Assembly (NCBI GenBank): GCA_040437565.1
Contig: JBDOQK010000003.1
Span: forward strand, 124,001-188,000
Direction: 5' to 3'
Length of the DNA: 64,000 bases
Source: Albugo candida
Lineage: Eukaryota
Made by a program: the position numbers and the translations under genes. The stretch's first letter is position 1, and every line of letters begins with the position of its first letter. The notes under the pieces were generated by a model that worked only from the letters and a program-made list of their open reading frames with translations, searched no databases and was not told the DNA's origin. This document shows, piece after piece, positions 52,544-64,000 of this stretch.

Positions 52544-53983
52544 CTAGTTAATAGCGTCTATAAGCTCGTCGATCAACTGTAATGACGCGCATGCATTGTT
52601 CTGTATGCTGATGAGAAGGTCATTCTCCTTTATGATTTCGTTATCGGAATTCGGGAATTCCGGATTGATGCGAACAAGTTGTACCTGACGTCGTTTCTCA
52701 CACTTTAAAAAGATATCAGAGACGACCACTTCTGATTCCTTTCGAACGGATGGGATCTGATTCCAAATCGGGTGCATTAGCATCTGATAATATGATTATA
52801 AACCAACGTACACGTGTGCCACATCCAATTTCAACGATAACGAAACGCGACATTGGATTCGCTTTTAGATGCTACGAGTACAGAGAGAGTTTCAGCCCAC
52901 CTCTCGTTCCCGTAATCGACGACTGACCTCTTCCACAGCAGCTTCCCATTGGATGTAATTTTTCTATCGTCGACAAAAAGACTTGAGTCTCGATACAGAA
53001 ACGAGTACATACATACTTCGGCAAGATGATTTGGAATCCATTGATGGTCATGAAACATCAGCACATTGGGCCTCAACCTTTGTTGACAGCCACATTGTAA
53101 GCGATCTGTGATATCTGTGATATCTGCCAACATCGTTTCTCTATTGATGTCGAATTGAATACTTTTTGGAAGAGCATGTAATTGAGGACACACATTCCGA
53201 CTCGATTGAGCATTTCCGGAACACTGCCACGTCTCGACATTACCGTGTATCTCATAAATGTCGGTCTCATCAAACATTCTGTGAAAATGAGCATCCACCT
53301 TTGCACACAAATGTGAGCTTCGCACGCGTTTCGTATGTCTTGGCACGTACGTTCGACGTATATATGAAGAAAGGCTTGCATATTATCGCCTCTGAAGAAG
53401 ATTTTTTCATTGTTTGCCCTTCGATCGCTCCTGTTTGGTCGGTTTTGACGCTAAGGCTTTTCTTGGCACGCAGTCGTTCACTCCACTTTTTTAGAATATG
53501 ATACCTGACACTTGCTCATTAGTGCCGATACGCCTGTCTGGGTATCAACCTACCCATCATGAGGCTCTGCTTGTCGGTACAGGTTTACGGAATGGCCCCA
53601 AAATCCGTAAAAAAGCTCCGGGTCTTCCCTCAACTGAAAACTCACTTTACCACAAGCCACAGAATGCAGGAATACGCATCAACTAACCCAGTACGGGTCG
53701 CACAAGTCTTGATAATCGACACCCAGCTTCCGATAAGCTTCTTCTGTACCGACTTGACTAAACGAAGAAACTCAGTGTCGCTTAGAATGAATGCACATTT
53801 ATATACTTGTAAACCGGAAGTCCCGAATCAGCGGAAAAGCCCGCTCCAGTCGCGAAAAGCAAAATGTCTGCCTCATCAATTGCTTCTATTAATTTCACAT
53901 CGAACACGTTACTTAAGTAAGCAGTAAAATAGTGTCAATTTTGGACCAGCCGCTTTTCTATAATTTGTATCGACCGTCTCCAT
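52544..53983 (-). CDS. Sirtuin (Sir2-family NAD-dependent deacylase), multi-exon
   Basis: LFATGAGFSADSGLP, VDAHF, EIHGNVETWQC, LRPNVLMF and GCGTR..PSVR motifs across spliced pieces. Confidence 0.85.
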
Positions 53984-54365
53984 GCGATAATCGGGGTGGA
54001 GTCAAAGCACCCTACTGTACTGCTATTTCAAAGTCATAATTCTCTCGATCCGTTTTCCTTCAGCGATTGCGTCTCACATTCTACGACCGGATAGCATCCT
54101 CTTCCCAGGAGCTATTGTAGTCCGAAAAAGAGGACCGCGTGACACGATATGAAATAATGATTCAAAACAAACTTTAGAAAAGATAATGAGTTTTTTTCGC
54201 GAACGCTATATACCTAAACTAAATCATTCGTTGAGAGCGCAATTAGTCGCAAACTGCTCTTCAGACCGCAACTCAATAAACTCGAACGCCACACATTATT
54301 GTAAATATCTACATTTCTATCATTTGCCTCCGACTTGGCGCAATACAATCACTCCATAAATGTTG

Positions 54366-56042
54366 TTATTTCATTACGTTTGTATCCAAAGTATTGTGCG
54401 CATGAGGTGCATTCGATGCATCAGAAAAGAGCGACGCTTTGTCATTCGAAAAAATGTCATTGCTATAGTGCGACTGATCCCAAACGGACCCTTCTTCAGT
54501 CGGTGGAAATCCATTAAAACTCGATTCTCGTAAAGACTCGACTGAATATGATTCGGGTCCTTCGGGAATCTGATTCGAGTCCAGCATACTGATACTCTTT
54601 ACAAACTGCTGATTCGAACTCTGATAATAACTTGGAACCAGCGTGTCGTCATCGTTCGCGGGATTTGAAGTGTTTTTGAAATAATTCGCTTGATCCGACT
54701 GTATCGATGCATCCAAATTCGAATTCTGGTGACTGGTGGTCGAATGCATATCGATGAAATTCCCTGGAAACGGCTGCTGGAATGTGTTTCCTTTGACATC
54801 GTTTTGCAACCGTTTTTTGTGAACTCGACAAAAAATAAGAGCGGATAAGAGGATGAGACCTCCTATCGCCAAACCTGCAAATAGAAATATCACGGAGGGG
54901 AAATGATCGCTCTGAACCTGAATTGACGAATAAACTGCCATATCAATTCGATCACCATCGATCGTGGGCATCGCTATTCTCGAAATGAGCAAATATCGTC
55001 CACCACGATTGAGAGTGAATGTCCGTTTGTATGATGCGTTTCCATGCGTCAAATTTCGATCGTAAATTTGCACAAGATCGAAGGTATCCGAGTCTCCACC
55101 CGAATACGATGAGCATTTTGCATTGACATCGTCTTCCTGACACCAGCTAAGCGTGGATACTGGGACAACTGACAGTTTATCAGTCCGAGGATTGCGAAAA
55201 AGGTTATCGGGACTGATTTCTGCAATTTTGGACAATGAAGATTGACTTTTGTCGCGTATTCGGAAAGACCACTCTGCAACGATTTCTTCACCAACATCAG
55301 GTTTTTGGTTAGAGACCTTCATGGCAAGCGTCCCGGGACAATAAGAATCCGTTCGAACTGTCAGATCTGCGGCAACTTGTTTACTAAATGGTGACGTTCC
55401 CGGAATCAACCAGCAATACGTTGTGACTTGATCGGTGATGATCGAATTCGGTGAGTTTCCGGGACTATCTCCAATTTGAACTGGAAAAAACGTAAGAAAA
55501 TCGGCCCGGGAATTGCCTCCAATATTGACGACAATATGTACAAAACCGGTATATTTCCCGTCTTTGGGAATCAAAAGCTCCGACGATGTGAAATCGGCTC
55601 GCTTATTTACAAAGTTTTTAGGGTCGTTTGATGAGCGATATGAATTTCCGACTGTATTGAGATCTGTAAATGTGTCACAACTCCTCCAATCACAAAGTAC
55701 GATATTGGCTGTAGGAATATCGTACTGCTTCTCAGAAATTGCACTCGTTTTACTGCTGTTACCAATGAGTCGATCGGGCACGTCGGAAGCCATAACGGGG
55801 AGCGGAAATTCAAACGCAGGATTTTTATTCTTTGTGTCGATGCGAACTGTATACTTTATACTAATTTTCTGATTCTTTTGAATTGTATCGGGCACGTTGA
55901 CTGTCAGCATAATAGGACAATTATCGCCTTCTTCTGCTAATATCACATTGGAAGCCGATGGATACTCATTCGAGTAGGATTCACCAATGTAATAGCAATA
56001 TGTCGTTCGACCATCCTGCTTATAATGCGACCTATGCGTCAT
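54366..56042 (-). CDS. Hypothetical single-pass membrane protein with duplicated Cys-containing domain
   Basis: 558-aa ORF with two internal repeats (TTYCYY..CP.. and TTYCWL..CP..), one TM (VIFLFAGLAIGGLILLSALIF) and a low-complexity tail. Confidence 0.8.
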   Translation of the reverse strand: MTHRSHYKQDGRTTYCYYIGESYSNEYPSASNVILAEEGDNCPIMLTVNVPDTIQKNQKISIKYTVRIDTKNKNPAFEFPLPVMASDVPDRLIGNSSKTSAISEKQYDIPTANIVLCDWRSCDTFTDLNTVGNSYRSSNDPKNFVNKRADFTSSELLIPKDGKYTGFVHIVVNIGGNSRADFLTFFPVQIGDSPGNSPNSIITDQVTTYCWLIPGTSPFSKQVAADLTVRTDSYCPGTLAMKVSNQKPDVGEEIVAEWSFRIRDKSQSSLSKIAEISPDNLFRNPRTDKLSVVPVSTLSWCQEDDVNAKCSSYSGGDSDTFDLVQIYDRNLTHGNASYKRTFTLNRGGRYLLISRIAMPTIDGDRIDMAVYSSIQVQSDHFPSVIFLFAGLAIGGLILLSALIFCRVHKKRLQNDVKGNTFQQPFPGNFIDMHSTTSHQNSNLDASIQSDQANYFKNTSNPANDDDTLVPSYYQSSNQQFVKSISMLDSNQIPEGPESYSVESLRESSFNGFPPTEEGSVWDQSHYSNDIFSNDKASLFSDASNAPHAHNTLDTNVMK

Positions 56043-56591
56043 AGAATTTCAATTTCAGTTAACGATTGAAATCAAATGCTGTGCCACAAAATCGTACATT
56101 GAGAATTGGGAGAATGGTCGATTTGGTGTGATTCTATTGTATGAATTTGTATTCACTGAAACCCATTTCTGTAAAAACGAGTCAGAAATGTGTTATAGGA
56201 AGAAAGACTCAGAACTGTGGTTCATTTTCTCTCTGTCGAGTAACATTACATATGTCGATGATACTTAACAGGAAACATGCGGTGTTAGAGGATAAAAATC
56301 AGACATTTCTTTGTTTTGACACATGCAAAGGACAATGTAGACATAACAGATGAAATGTATAGTGACTACCCAGTGAAGGCGCGCGCGACACTCTATACCG
56401 CAACCCATTAAGATCCCTCCCACAATTTAAACACTCATATACTCCAACGTCAACAGCGACGCAACATATCATCCTCTTCACTCACGTGACAGTTAACTGT
56501 TCTTCCAATGCGTCAAAATAGAAGGCTCCTTCAAACTGTCTGATGGAACTTTTTAATATCACAAAATGCGCCAAATTCAATTTGACTCGAA

Positions 56592-57839
56592 ATGGAATAC
56601 GTGAAACGATTCACAGGTGGAACACACCATCCGCCCGAAACACTCGGCAGTTTGGATCGCATGAAAGCGGTCACGTGGCAGGGCGGAAAGAAAATCGTTG
56701 TCGAAGACGTAAAACGTCCCAAATTGATCGATTCTCGCGATGCAATCGTACGTGTGCGTATGTGCTCTGTCGACGGAGCCTTCGCGTCTCAAATCGCTAC
56801 AGGAGACGTTCCCCACATGGACAAGGGCCAAATTCTCGGTCGCGAGGCAGTTGGAATCATTGAGGAGCGCGGAAAAGATGTCATGAAGCTCTCCAGCGGC
56901 GATCGCGTTGTCATCTCATTTGTGATCGCATGCGGCACTTGTTCCTACTGCAAGCGGGAAGAGTACAGCGGGTGTAATTGTACAAATGAATCCAAAGAGT
57001 TTGCGTCCAAGTACGGCGGATGGGCTCCAGCTGCAGTCTTTGGCGCTTCGAGAATGTTCAACAGCGTCCCAGGAACACAGGCGGAATTCGTACGAGTTCC
57101 ATTCGCCGATGTGAATTGCTGCAAGCTTCCAGACAACGTACCATTCGCGAAAGCGTTGTTAGTCGGAGATACGTTGACGACGGGATACTACGCAGCGGAA
57201 TTGAGCGCGTTGAAAGAGGGCGATACCGTTGTTATTTGGGGCATTGGACCTGTGGGCTTAATGGCGGCAGAATGGTGCAAATCGCGTGGCGCAAAAGATG
57301 TCATTTCGATTGACCACAACACGGATCGGCTGAAATTCGCATACGAAAAGTATAAATGCAAAGTATTGGATCGTGGAGATAAATCATCGACTCAGTTGCT
57401 TCACACTTTGGAAGGAATGCTTCCACCGGGAGGAGCTGATGTTGTGATCGATGCATGTGGCGCGTTATCGCCTCAAAGTTGGCTTTTGCAGATGGAGAAA
57501 AAGATGGGCATGGAGAAAGAGCAGAGTGATATTCTACGCGAATGTTTCACTGCAGTTCGAAAGTATGGAACGATTGTCATCATTGGCGAGTACTCTGGAT
57601 TTGCAGATGAGTTTCCAATTGGCCATGTGATGATGAAACATTTGACGATCAAAGCGGGACGATGTCCGATTCAAAAGTATTGGGGACACGTTATGAACAG
57701 TATCGCGAATGGAGAATTGGATCCCACTGAGCTGTTGACGCATCCAGTGGCATTTGACGAGCTTCCGGAAGCGTACACACTGGCCGCGAATCGTGAGGCA
57801 GGATGCATGAAGGCATACGCGAAATTTGAGACGCCGTAA
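56592..57839 (+). CDS. MDR-family dehydrogenase paralog with degenerate catalytic Zn site
   Basis: Clear paralog of 43353-44666; keeps CGTCSYC..C and GIGPVG but has SVDGAFASQ and GRE in place of SVCSGSDSH and GHE. Confidence 0.88.
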   Translation: MEYVKRFTGGTHHPPETLGSLDRMKAVTWQGGKKIVVEDVKRPKLIDSRDAIVRVRMCSVDGAFASQIATGDVPHMDKGQILGREAVGIIEERGKDVMKLSSGDRVVISFVIACGTCSYCKREEYSGCNCTNESKEFASKYGGWAPAAVFGASRMFNSVPGTQAEFVRVPFADVNCCKLPDNVPFAKALLVGDTLTTGYYAAELSALKEGDTVVIWGIGPVGLMAAEWCKSRGAKDVISIDHNTDRLKFAYEKYKCKVLDRGDKSSTQLLHTLEGMLPPGGADVVIDACGALSPQSWLLQMEKKMGMEKEQSDILRECFTAVRKYGTIVIIGEYSGFADEFPIGHVMMKHLTIKAGRCPIQKYWGHVMNSIANGELDPTELLTHPVAFDELPEAYTLAANREAGCMKAYAKFETP

Positions 57840-57968
57840 GAAAGAATGAAATAAATGGTTTTGATTGTGTTGAGCCCGAGAGCTGACTTTTCTTTAATTC
57901 TTTGGCTACAAGAGAGAAAGCATTTAGTAAATGTACGCACAGCGTACCGGCGACATCCAACGATTCGA

Positions 57969-60941
57969 TTAGGCGATGACGCGTTTCTGCTTTGCGTCTT
58001 CGGCTCCACGCTGCACAGAAGTGATTCGATCGCCCAAACTCAATGCGATCCCTTGCGTCTTACTACGAATACGAATGTAACCACTGATTCGCCCTTTGTC
58101 GTGCTTTTCCACACTCAAATTCACAAGCGCACATTCACCGAAAACACTTTTCGCATACAAATTCGCAGCGAGGAAATTGGTGTCGGCGCCGAGCGTAGCG
58201 GTTGGTGTCATACATCGCATATTGGTCTTCTCCATAATGTGCTGCAAAAAGCCAAAAACACTTGTGATTTCTGTGTTGACAGCCACTTTATTCTCCCATT
58301 CGAATTCCGCCCACATTGATCGAAAGTCGGCATCACTGCATGAAGCTGGCGAGATGTAGTCCATGATATCGAGATGGATTTCATTCAAATTGACGTACGT
58401 CTTCTCTGCGCCCGAAGTCGAATCATACACAATTGTGCCAAAAATGTGACTTGTTTCGGTAGATGACACTTTGATGTTGGCGTAAATTGTTCGTTGATCC
58501 AAAGGTCCGATCGTTTGAGGCTGTGGACGTTCGACAATCTTCAAATCGCCAATGGTGGATAGCTCCACAGTCAAATTGTTGAGTGTCTGTGGAAGGCGAT
58601 TGATGACTAGAATCTCCAATACAATATCGTAATCATGAACTGTGAGATACGCTTCCGCATACACCGAGTCGGCAAACCCAGTTAGCTGATGCACATGACG
58701 TAATTTTCCGCTGTATTCGTTTGATCCGTGTTGACCCACCGCTCGACTGATATCGGCACCATCGTCAATGTCAATGTCCGTTGAGCCGAGAGCTTTTTTA
58801 CCTCTTAATTGTCGAAAACTGATCAGATCGTCAATGTGAATAAGCGGTTCTTCTGGTTTCTCTTTCTCCAATTCGTTTGCTTTCTGAATTTTGAGCAGCT
58901 CGCGATACGAAGTCCGGCAGAATTCTGTCATGATGTCGTGAGTGGTTTCGAGTGCCGCTGGATCGAGTAGGATGCGTATTCCAATGTGTATACGTCGTTT
59001 GGAGTCCTCATCCATTTCGTGTTTTGTTTCTTTGCTTTCTCCGTACAGAATGATTGCACACATATATTTGATTGCTTGGATGACCAGGCTTTTGACGGGA
59101 TCTGAAGCTGCGGCAGTCTTGTAGTTCCCACCCATGGCACGCAAACAAAGCTTGGTCAATGTGGCTCCAATAGCAGCACCGAGAAAAAAGTCGCCATTAA
59201 GTACCAATTTGCGTAAACCAGCAAGTTGATCGTCTTCGGAAGTACTGAGGTCTCGTATCTTTCCGTGAGAATAACTGCTTTTTGATGTTTTCGAGTATGA
59301 TGTCTCAGTGGCATACGTACCGTCCGCAAGAACAACACTTTTTGTCACAGATTTGACTTGATCCGCTAGATTTGCTTCTTCCATCGTTTCGGAAGTGACC
59401 GCTTTGGTCGTAAGTGCGGTCAAAGGTAATGGTCCAATTGCCTCAAAGATTGTTTTGGCGGCTTCGTAAATTGACGTATCGTTTTCAGAAGAGGACGTTG
59501 GATCCAATTCTGTGGAGTATTCGCCCAATATCCAAAGTGCCACACGATACACTTTAGCGAGTTGAATATCGGCAAACGATAAAAGCAGCTTTTGCAATAC
59601 ACTTGATCGCATTTCGGGATACGATTCGCACATAGCACGGACAAATAGAATCACATCCATAGCTCCGTCCGTGTTCAGAAATTCCATCAACAAATGAACG
59701 ACATGTTTCGCAACATCTGGGAACTTGACGCAACACGAATGGATTGCTTGTATCAGTAAATGACGGTACTCGCTTGCTTTTTCCATCGACGTGTCTTGCG
59801 TCTTGACTACTTCTCGTTTCAGCTGAGTGACCACTTCTTCAATATTTCGCATCGAAACCAAATCCATCGCAATTTCCAGCACTTTCTTACAGATATCCAA
59901 ACTTGGAGTTGCTAATGCTCTCATGATATCCATCATTATTTCTTGCAGGACTTTGAAGTGATACTTTTTCAGATCACTTAATCGATCCAAGACGATCAGT
60001 TTGACATTGTTATCGCTTTGACTGTTCAGTAAACCAGCGTACGTTTTAGCAGCCGCTCGAACTGCTGTTGGGGCTGATGAGAGCGTGATGAGCGTCCAAG
60101 CTGCTTCATAACTGACAGCAGGCGATGATGAATTCAGTAGCTGAAAAATGCAGCGTATAAATCGTGCTTTTTGTGCAGGATCTTGACGACACACTTTCCT
60201 TGTCATCTCTAATATAATCAGAGAGAATCCATCTCCGAATTTCCCAACTTGATCCACTGTATTCATGAAATAGCTCACCGCGACATCTTGAGAGCAATCG
60301 AAAAGCATGAGGAAAGCATTACGTCGCGCTGTCATATCACTTTCCGTTGTAATCAGTTTCGCAATCAGTTCAGGTGCATCTGGAATCAAACTATCTCCAA
60401 ACGATTTGTAGACAGCATATACGGTCATCACGGCATTCCGACGTACATAGGCATGCCGATGTTCCAGATTCGCTTTGATTGCATCTTTCAGCGGCTCCAA
60501 CAGTTCGCGCTCTTTTACTTTGCATAAAAACCGAAGCATTGAACCCCGAATGTATTCATTTGGGTGATTCAAATCATTGAGCAACGCATTACAGACCAAA
60601 ATCATCTCAGGTAGTAGTCTGGGTGTGGACTTCGCATCGTTCGAGTTCCCCGCTTCGTACTTTGGAGCGATCTCCCAGTAAATCATAAGTAATTTCTTCA
60701 AAGTGTGATCATTCTGCGTTGAGCAGTACCGTATCATGTGCATGAGAACTTTTGAGAACTTTTCACCATTCAAAAGACCGAATATGGCGTTTTTGATCGC
60801 TTTAATCTTTAGCTCCATTTTGGGGGATTCTAAACCTTTTAAAATCTCATCCTGCGTGATGGAAATGGCGTTTTTTTCGTTTTTCACATTTTGCTGTAAG
60901 AGAATCGTACAATAGCGCTCATTTCCGACGCTCGTTTGCAT
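57969..60941 (-). CDS. COPB1: Coatomer subunit beta (beta-COP)
   Basis: EMILVCNAL..DLNHPNEYIRGSMLRFLCK, QLTGFADSVYAEA, FRSMWAEFEWENKV and RIRSKTQGIALSLGD; first ATG at 60941. Confidence 0.97.
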   Translation of the reverse strand: MQTSVGNERYCTILLQQNVKNEKNAISITQDEILKGLESPKMELKIKAIKNAIFGLLNGEKFSKVLMHMIRYCSTQNDHTLKKLLMIYWEIAPKYEAGNSNDAKSTPRLLPEMILVCNALLNDLNHPNEYIRGSMLRFLCKVKERELLEPLKDAIKANLEHRHAYVRRNAVMTVYAVYKSFGDSLIPDAPELIAKLITTESDMTARRNAFLMLFDCSQDVAVSYFMNTVDQVGKFGDGFSLIILEMTRKVCRQDPAQKARFIRCIFQLLNSSSPAVSYEAAWTLITLSSAPTAVRAAAKTYAGLLNSQSDNNVKLIVLDRLSDLKKYHFKVLQEIMMDIMRALATPSLDICKKVLEIAMDLVSMRNIEEVVTQLKREVVKTQDTSMEKASEYRHLLIQAIHSCCVKFPDVAKHVVHLLMEFLNTDGAMDVILFVRAMCESYPEMRSSVLQKLLLSFADIQLAKVYRVALWILGEYSTELDPTSSSENDTSIYEAAKTIFEAIGPLPLTALTTKAVTSETMEEANLADQVKSVTKSVVLADGTYATETSYSKTSKSSYSHGKIRDLSTSEDDQLAGLRKLVLNGDFFLGAAIGATLTKLCLRAMGGNYKTAAASDPVKSLVIQAIKYMCAIILYGESKETKHEMDEDSKRRIHIGIRILLDPAALETTHDIMTEFCRTSYRELLKIQKANELEKEKPEEPLIHIDDLISFRQLRGKKALGSTDIDIDDGADISRAVGQHGSNEYSGKLRHVHQLTGFADSVYAEAYLTVHDYDIVLEILVINRLPQTLNNLTVELSTIGDLKIVERPQPQTIGPLDQRTIYANIKVSSTETSHIFGTIVYDSTSGAEKTYVNLNEIHLDIMDYISPASCSDADFRSMWAEFEWENKVAVNTEITSVFGFLQHIMEKTNMRCMTPTATLGADTNFLAANLYAKSVFGECALVNLSVEKHDKGRISGYIRIRSKTQGIALSLGDRITSVQRGAEDAKQKRVIA

Positions 60942-61051
60942 TTCCCCTTTTATCAAACGACTTGCTTTCTTCGATGGAGCCGCCGCGCTACGTTTCCGAT
61001 AATCCAAAAATGATTTATTTTAAGCCAATAGTCATACACATCTGCTTTACT

Positions 61052-64000
61052 CTATAAATCGATCTCCTCTTTCAACTTATGTGATTGTGACATGGTTTTA
61101 TAGTATTCTTTTCGATGTTGAAGCCGAACATTTTGCTTCATCAAATCGGTCAGATGTTCGTTTAACAAGCGAACTTTATCACTGTCAGAATGCGCAATAT
61201 GCCCCGCATCGCCACCATATGTCATATGTTGAATTCGTTCATGCACATTGTCTAAATCGTCTTTTTCCTGATATAAAGTCGTGACGGTTTCTTTTAATTG
61301 CAAATACTTTGCCTTCCAATTGGTTGAAGTTGCCTTTGTGTGTTTTGTATCGGTTATTTCTGCTATCTTTTCTTTGTAACTTTGTATTGTTCTAATCAAA
61401 AGAGAGCGCCAATCGGAGTGCAATGATTCGACATTCACTCCGGCATTTTGCGCTTCTTGACGGAGAATTTCGATCAAATCGTTCAGTTTCTGACACGAGA
61501 ATTCCTGCTTTTTGATGATTGTCATGAGATCGTGAGATTTCCGACGCATTTCCAACGTATCATTCTTACTAATATCCAATTCTTCCAACACCTTCAGCTT
61601 GTTTTCGTACATTTCGTCAAGCTTTTGTTCAAGAGTTTTACGAGAGGCTAGTAATTGGGAAATTTCTTGTTTTTGTTCGTCCAGAATTTGCAATTGAGCA
61701 TCGAAATTTGAAGCTTTCTCTTCGTACGCGTTTCGCCAATTGGCGACCAATTCTGAAAGATACGCATTCTCCTCCTGGAGTGGACCAAGCTGGATTTGNN
61801 NNNNNNNNNNNNNNNNNNNNNNNNNNNNNNNNNNNNNNNNNNNNNNNNNNNNNNNNNNNNNNNNNNNNNNNNNNNNNNNNNNNNNNNNNNNNNNNNNNGC
61901 TTCATCAAATCGGTCAGATGTTCGTTTAACAAGCGAACTTTATCACTGTCAGAATGCGCAATATGCCCCGCATCGCCACCATATGTCATATGTTGAATTC
62001 GTTCATGCACATTGTCTAAATCGTCTTTTTCCTGATATAAAGTCGTGACGGTTTCTTTTAATTGCAAATACTTTGCCTTCCAATTGGTTGAAGTTGCCTT
62101 TGTGTGTTTTGTATCGGTTATTTCTGCTATCTTTTCTTTGTAACTTTGTATTGTTCTAATCAAAAGAGAGCGCCAATCGGAGTGCAATGATTCGACATTC
62201 ACTCCGGCATTTTGCGCTTCTTGACGGAGAATTTCGATCAAATCGTTCAGTTTCTGACACGAGAATTCCTGCTTTTTGATGATTGTCATGAGATCGTGAG
62301 ATTTCCGACGCATTTCCAACGTATCATTCTTACTAATATCCAATTCTTCCAACACCTTCAGCTTGTTTTCGTACATTTCGTCAAGCTTTTGTTCAAGAGT
62401 TTTACGAGAGGCTAGTAATTGGGAAATTTCTTGTTTTTGTTCGTCCAGAATTTGCAATTGAGCATCGAAATTTGAAGCTTTCTCTTCGTACGCGTTTCGC
62501 CAATTGGCGACCAATTCTGAAAGATACGCATTCTCCTCCTGGAGTGGACCAAGCTGGATTTGGATTTCATTCACGCACGATTCGCGTTGTTCATTCAGCA
62601 TCTGTTGGAGTCGATCGATGGCGATTGTTTGGGTCTCAACCTGTTCATTCAGCAGATGCGCGTCATACTCAACACGCTTCTTCTCAGCAGACAAAGAATT
62701 AAGCTCAAATTGGAGATTTTTGACTGTGAAAAAGACATCTTCATTTGGACTTTGTGTTTCGGATGACGAGGATTCCGGTTCCGGACGATGAGATCTTATA
62801 AATTGAGTCATACCGGCATTACGACTGTACTGATGGTCAAAATTGTCTGCTTTCTGCTTATTTCGCTCGGACTGAAGCTCATCATATGCGTGGAGTAAAT
62901 GGTTATATCGATCCAAGAGATCATCATATTTCGCATGGTGGAGATCGGACGAGCTCATCTGGAGTTGAGTTGAACTGGTCTGGCTTTGTTGATCATCTTG
63001 CTGCTTCTCGTACTCGATCACCTTTTGCGTTAGTAGATGCATCTGTTGGCGAGTTTGGCCAAGTTCGAGTTCCAGCTCTCGTTTTTCTGAAAGCAGGTTG
63101 TCGGCGAAATCGGATGATTTTTCATGCGAAATTGGTTTTGTCTGAATGTGATTTTGCTGGGGAAATCCGTTCGTCTGAGGATTCCTGTCTTCATGCCGAG
63201 TTGCACTTTGACTCGCTCGATCAACAGATCCTTTACTCATATGTGGCTTGAGGATCAAGTTTTCTTGTGCTTCTTGCAATTCGGTGATTTCTTCCTCCAT
63301 TTCAGCTTGTTTGGATGTTAAAATGCGTTTGCTATGCTCAAGTTCATCGATGCGCAGATACAGACTTTTGACTGTTGCGTGATGCTCGTGATTGACTCGT
63401 TCGAGTACCTCTTGGTTTTCACGCTGAAGCTTTACCAATCTGTCAGAAAAATCTGTCGCAAGTGCGGACATCGCGTCATTCGCTTTATACAGTGAGGCAT
63501 CGGCGTGCTCATTTTTTTGGATTTGCATTCGATCAACTTGAGCATTTTTTTCCAATTCCTCCACCTTACATTTCATCGTACCAAGCTGTCTCTTCAACGC
63601 TTCCTTCTCTTCCTGAAGCTTTTTCATGCTCAAGTTCTTTTGGTCGAATACTACTTCAGCGATTTGGTGAATTGGAAGCTCAAGTGTATCAGAACCCTCG
63701 CGCCTGAAGACTTCGACCATCTGCTTCAGGTGCTTTTCATGAGCACACGATACTCCCTCCAGACGTTCAATGATTTCTCGCGATTCCTGCCTTTCCAATT
63801 CTTTCTGCTCAAGCCGCATTTGGAGCACATTTACTTCATTGGAAAGCTTTGAATTCTCGTCCAAAGTCGACCTCAATTCACACTCATTTTTTTGTGCTGC
63901 TTCTTGTGCTTTCTGCTCAGCAGTTTGCCATTTCTCCTTCCAAAATTTGATTTGGTCGTCTCGCTCTCTGGTAGATGCTTCCCGTTCTTTGCGAAATCGA
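61052..64000 (-). CDS. Long coiled-coil protein, 5'-partial
   Basis: Open E/K/Q/L-rich heptad frame running to the window edge; the duplicated 664 bp across gap 61799-61898 is an assembly overlap. Confidence 0.8.

Noticed and set aside
57671-60527. Numerous short antisense and alternate-frame ORFs over COPB1 and other long genes
   Set aside because: Shadow ORFs of real coding sequences with no independent protein features.
61135-62562. Duplicated C-terminus of the coiled-coil protein
   Set aside because: 664-bp identical overlap across gap 61799-61898.

Overview
Eukaryotic genomic scaffold with eight 100-N gaps. Short (~40-70 nt) GT-AG introns, oomycete-like proteins and very tight gene packing suggest an oomycete, most plausibly a white rust (Albugo-like); the taxon is an inference. 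The window has two compartments. (1) About 0.6-35.5 kb is a gene-poor mosaic of diverged tandem segmental duplications. It carries three copies of an unrecognised minus-strand, two-exon, signal-peptide gene family with a conserved phase-1 intron, hypervariable middle and Lys-rich C-terminus. One copy looks intact (33165-32319). One has a frameshift, a nonsense codon and a mutated splice donor. One has lost its ATG, contains a ~104-bp-arm fold-back hairpin and has a Mutator-like transposon inserted upstream. Co-duplicated housekeeping genes (NDUFAF7, choline dehydrogenase, DAHP synthase, S10 carboxypeptidase, ZCCHC10-like) are mostly decaying. (2) About 35.5-64 kb is very gene-dense: carboxypeptidase, TVP23, Borealin-like, bL36, a signal-peptide TTL-like/EGF protein, two Zn-dehydrogenase paralogs (one lacking catalytic Zn ligands), HAS1/DDX18, TIM44, DMC1, SelO, a sirtuin, a single-pass membrane protein, beta-COP and a coiled-coil protein. 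Exact direct repeats flanking several gaps are assembly overlaps. Block boundaries in the duplicated region were aligned by eye and are approximate.
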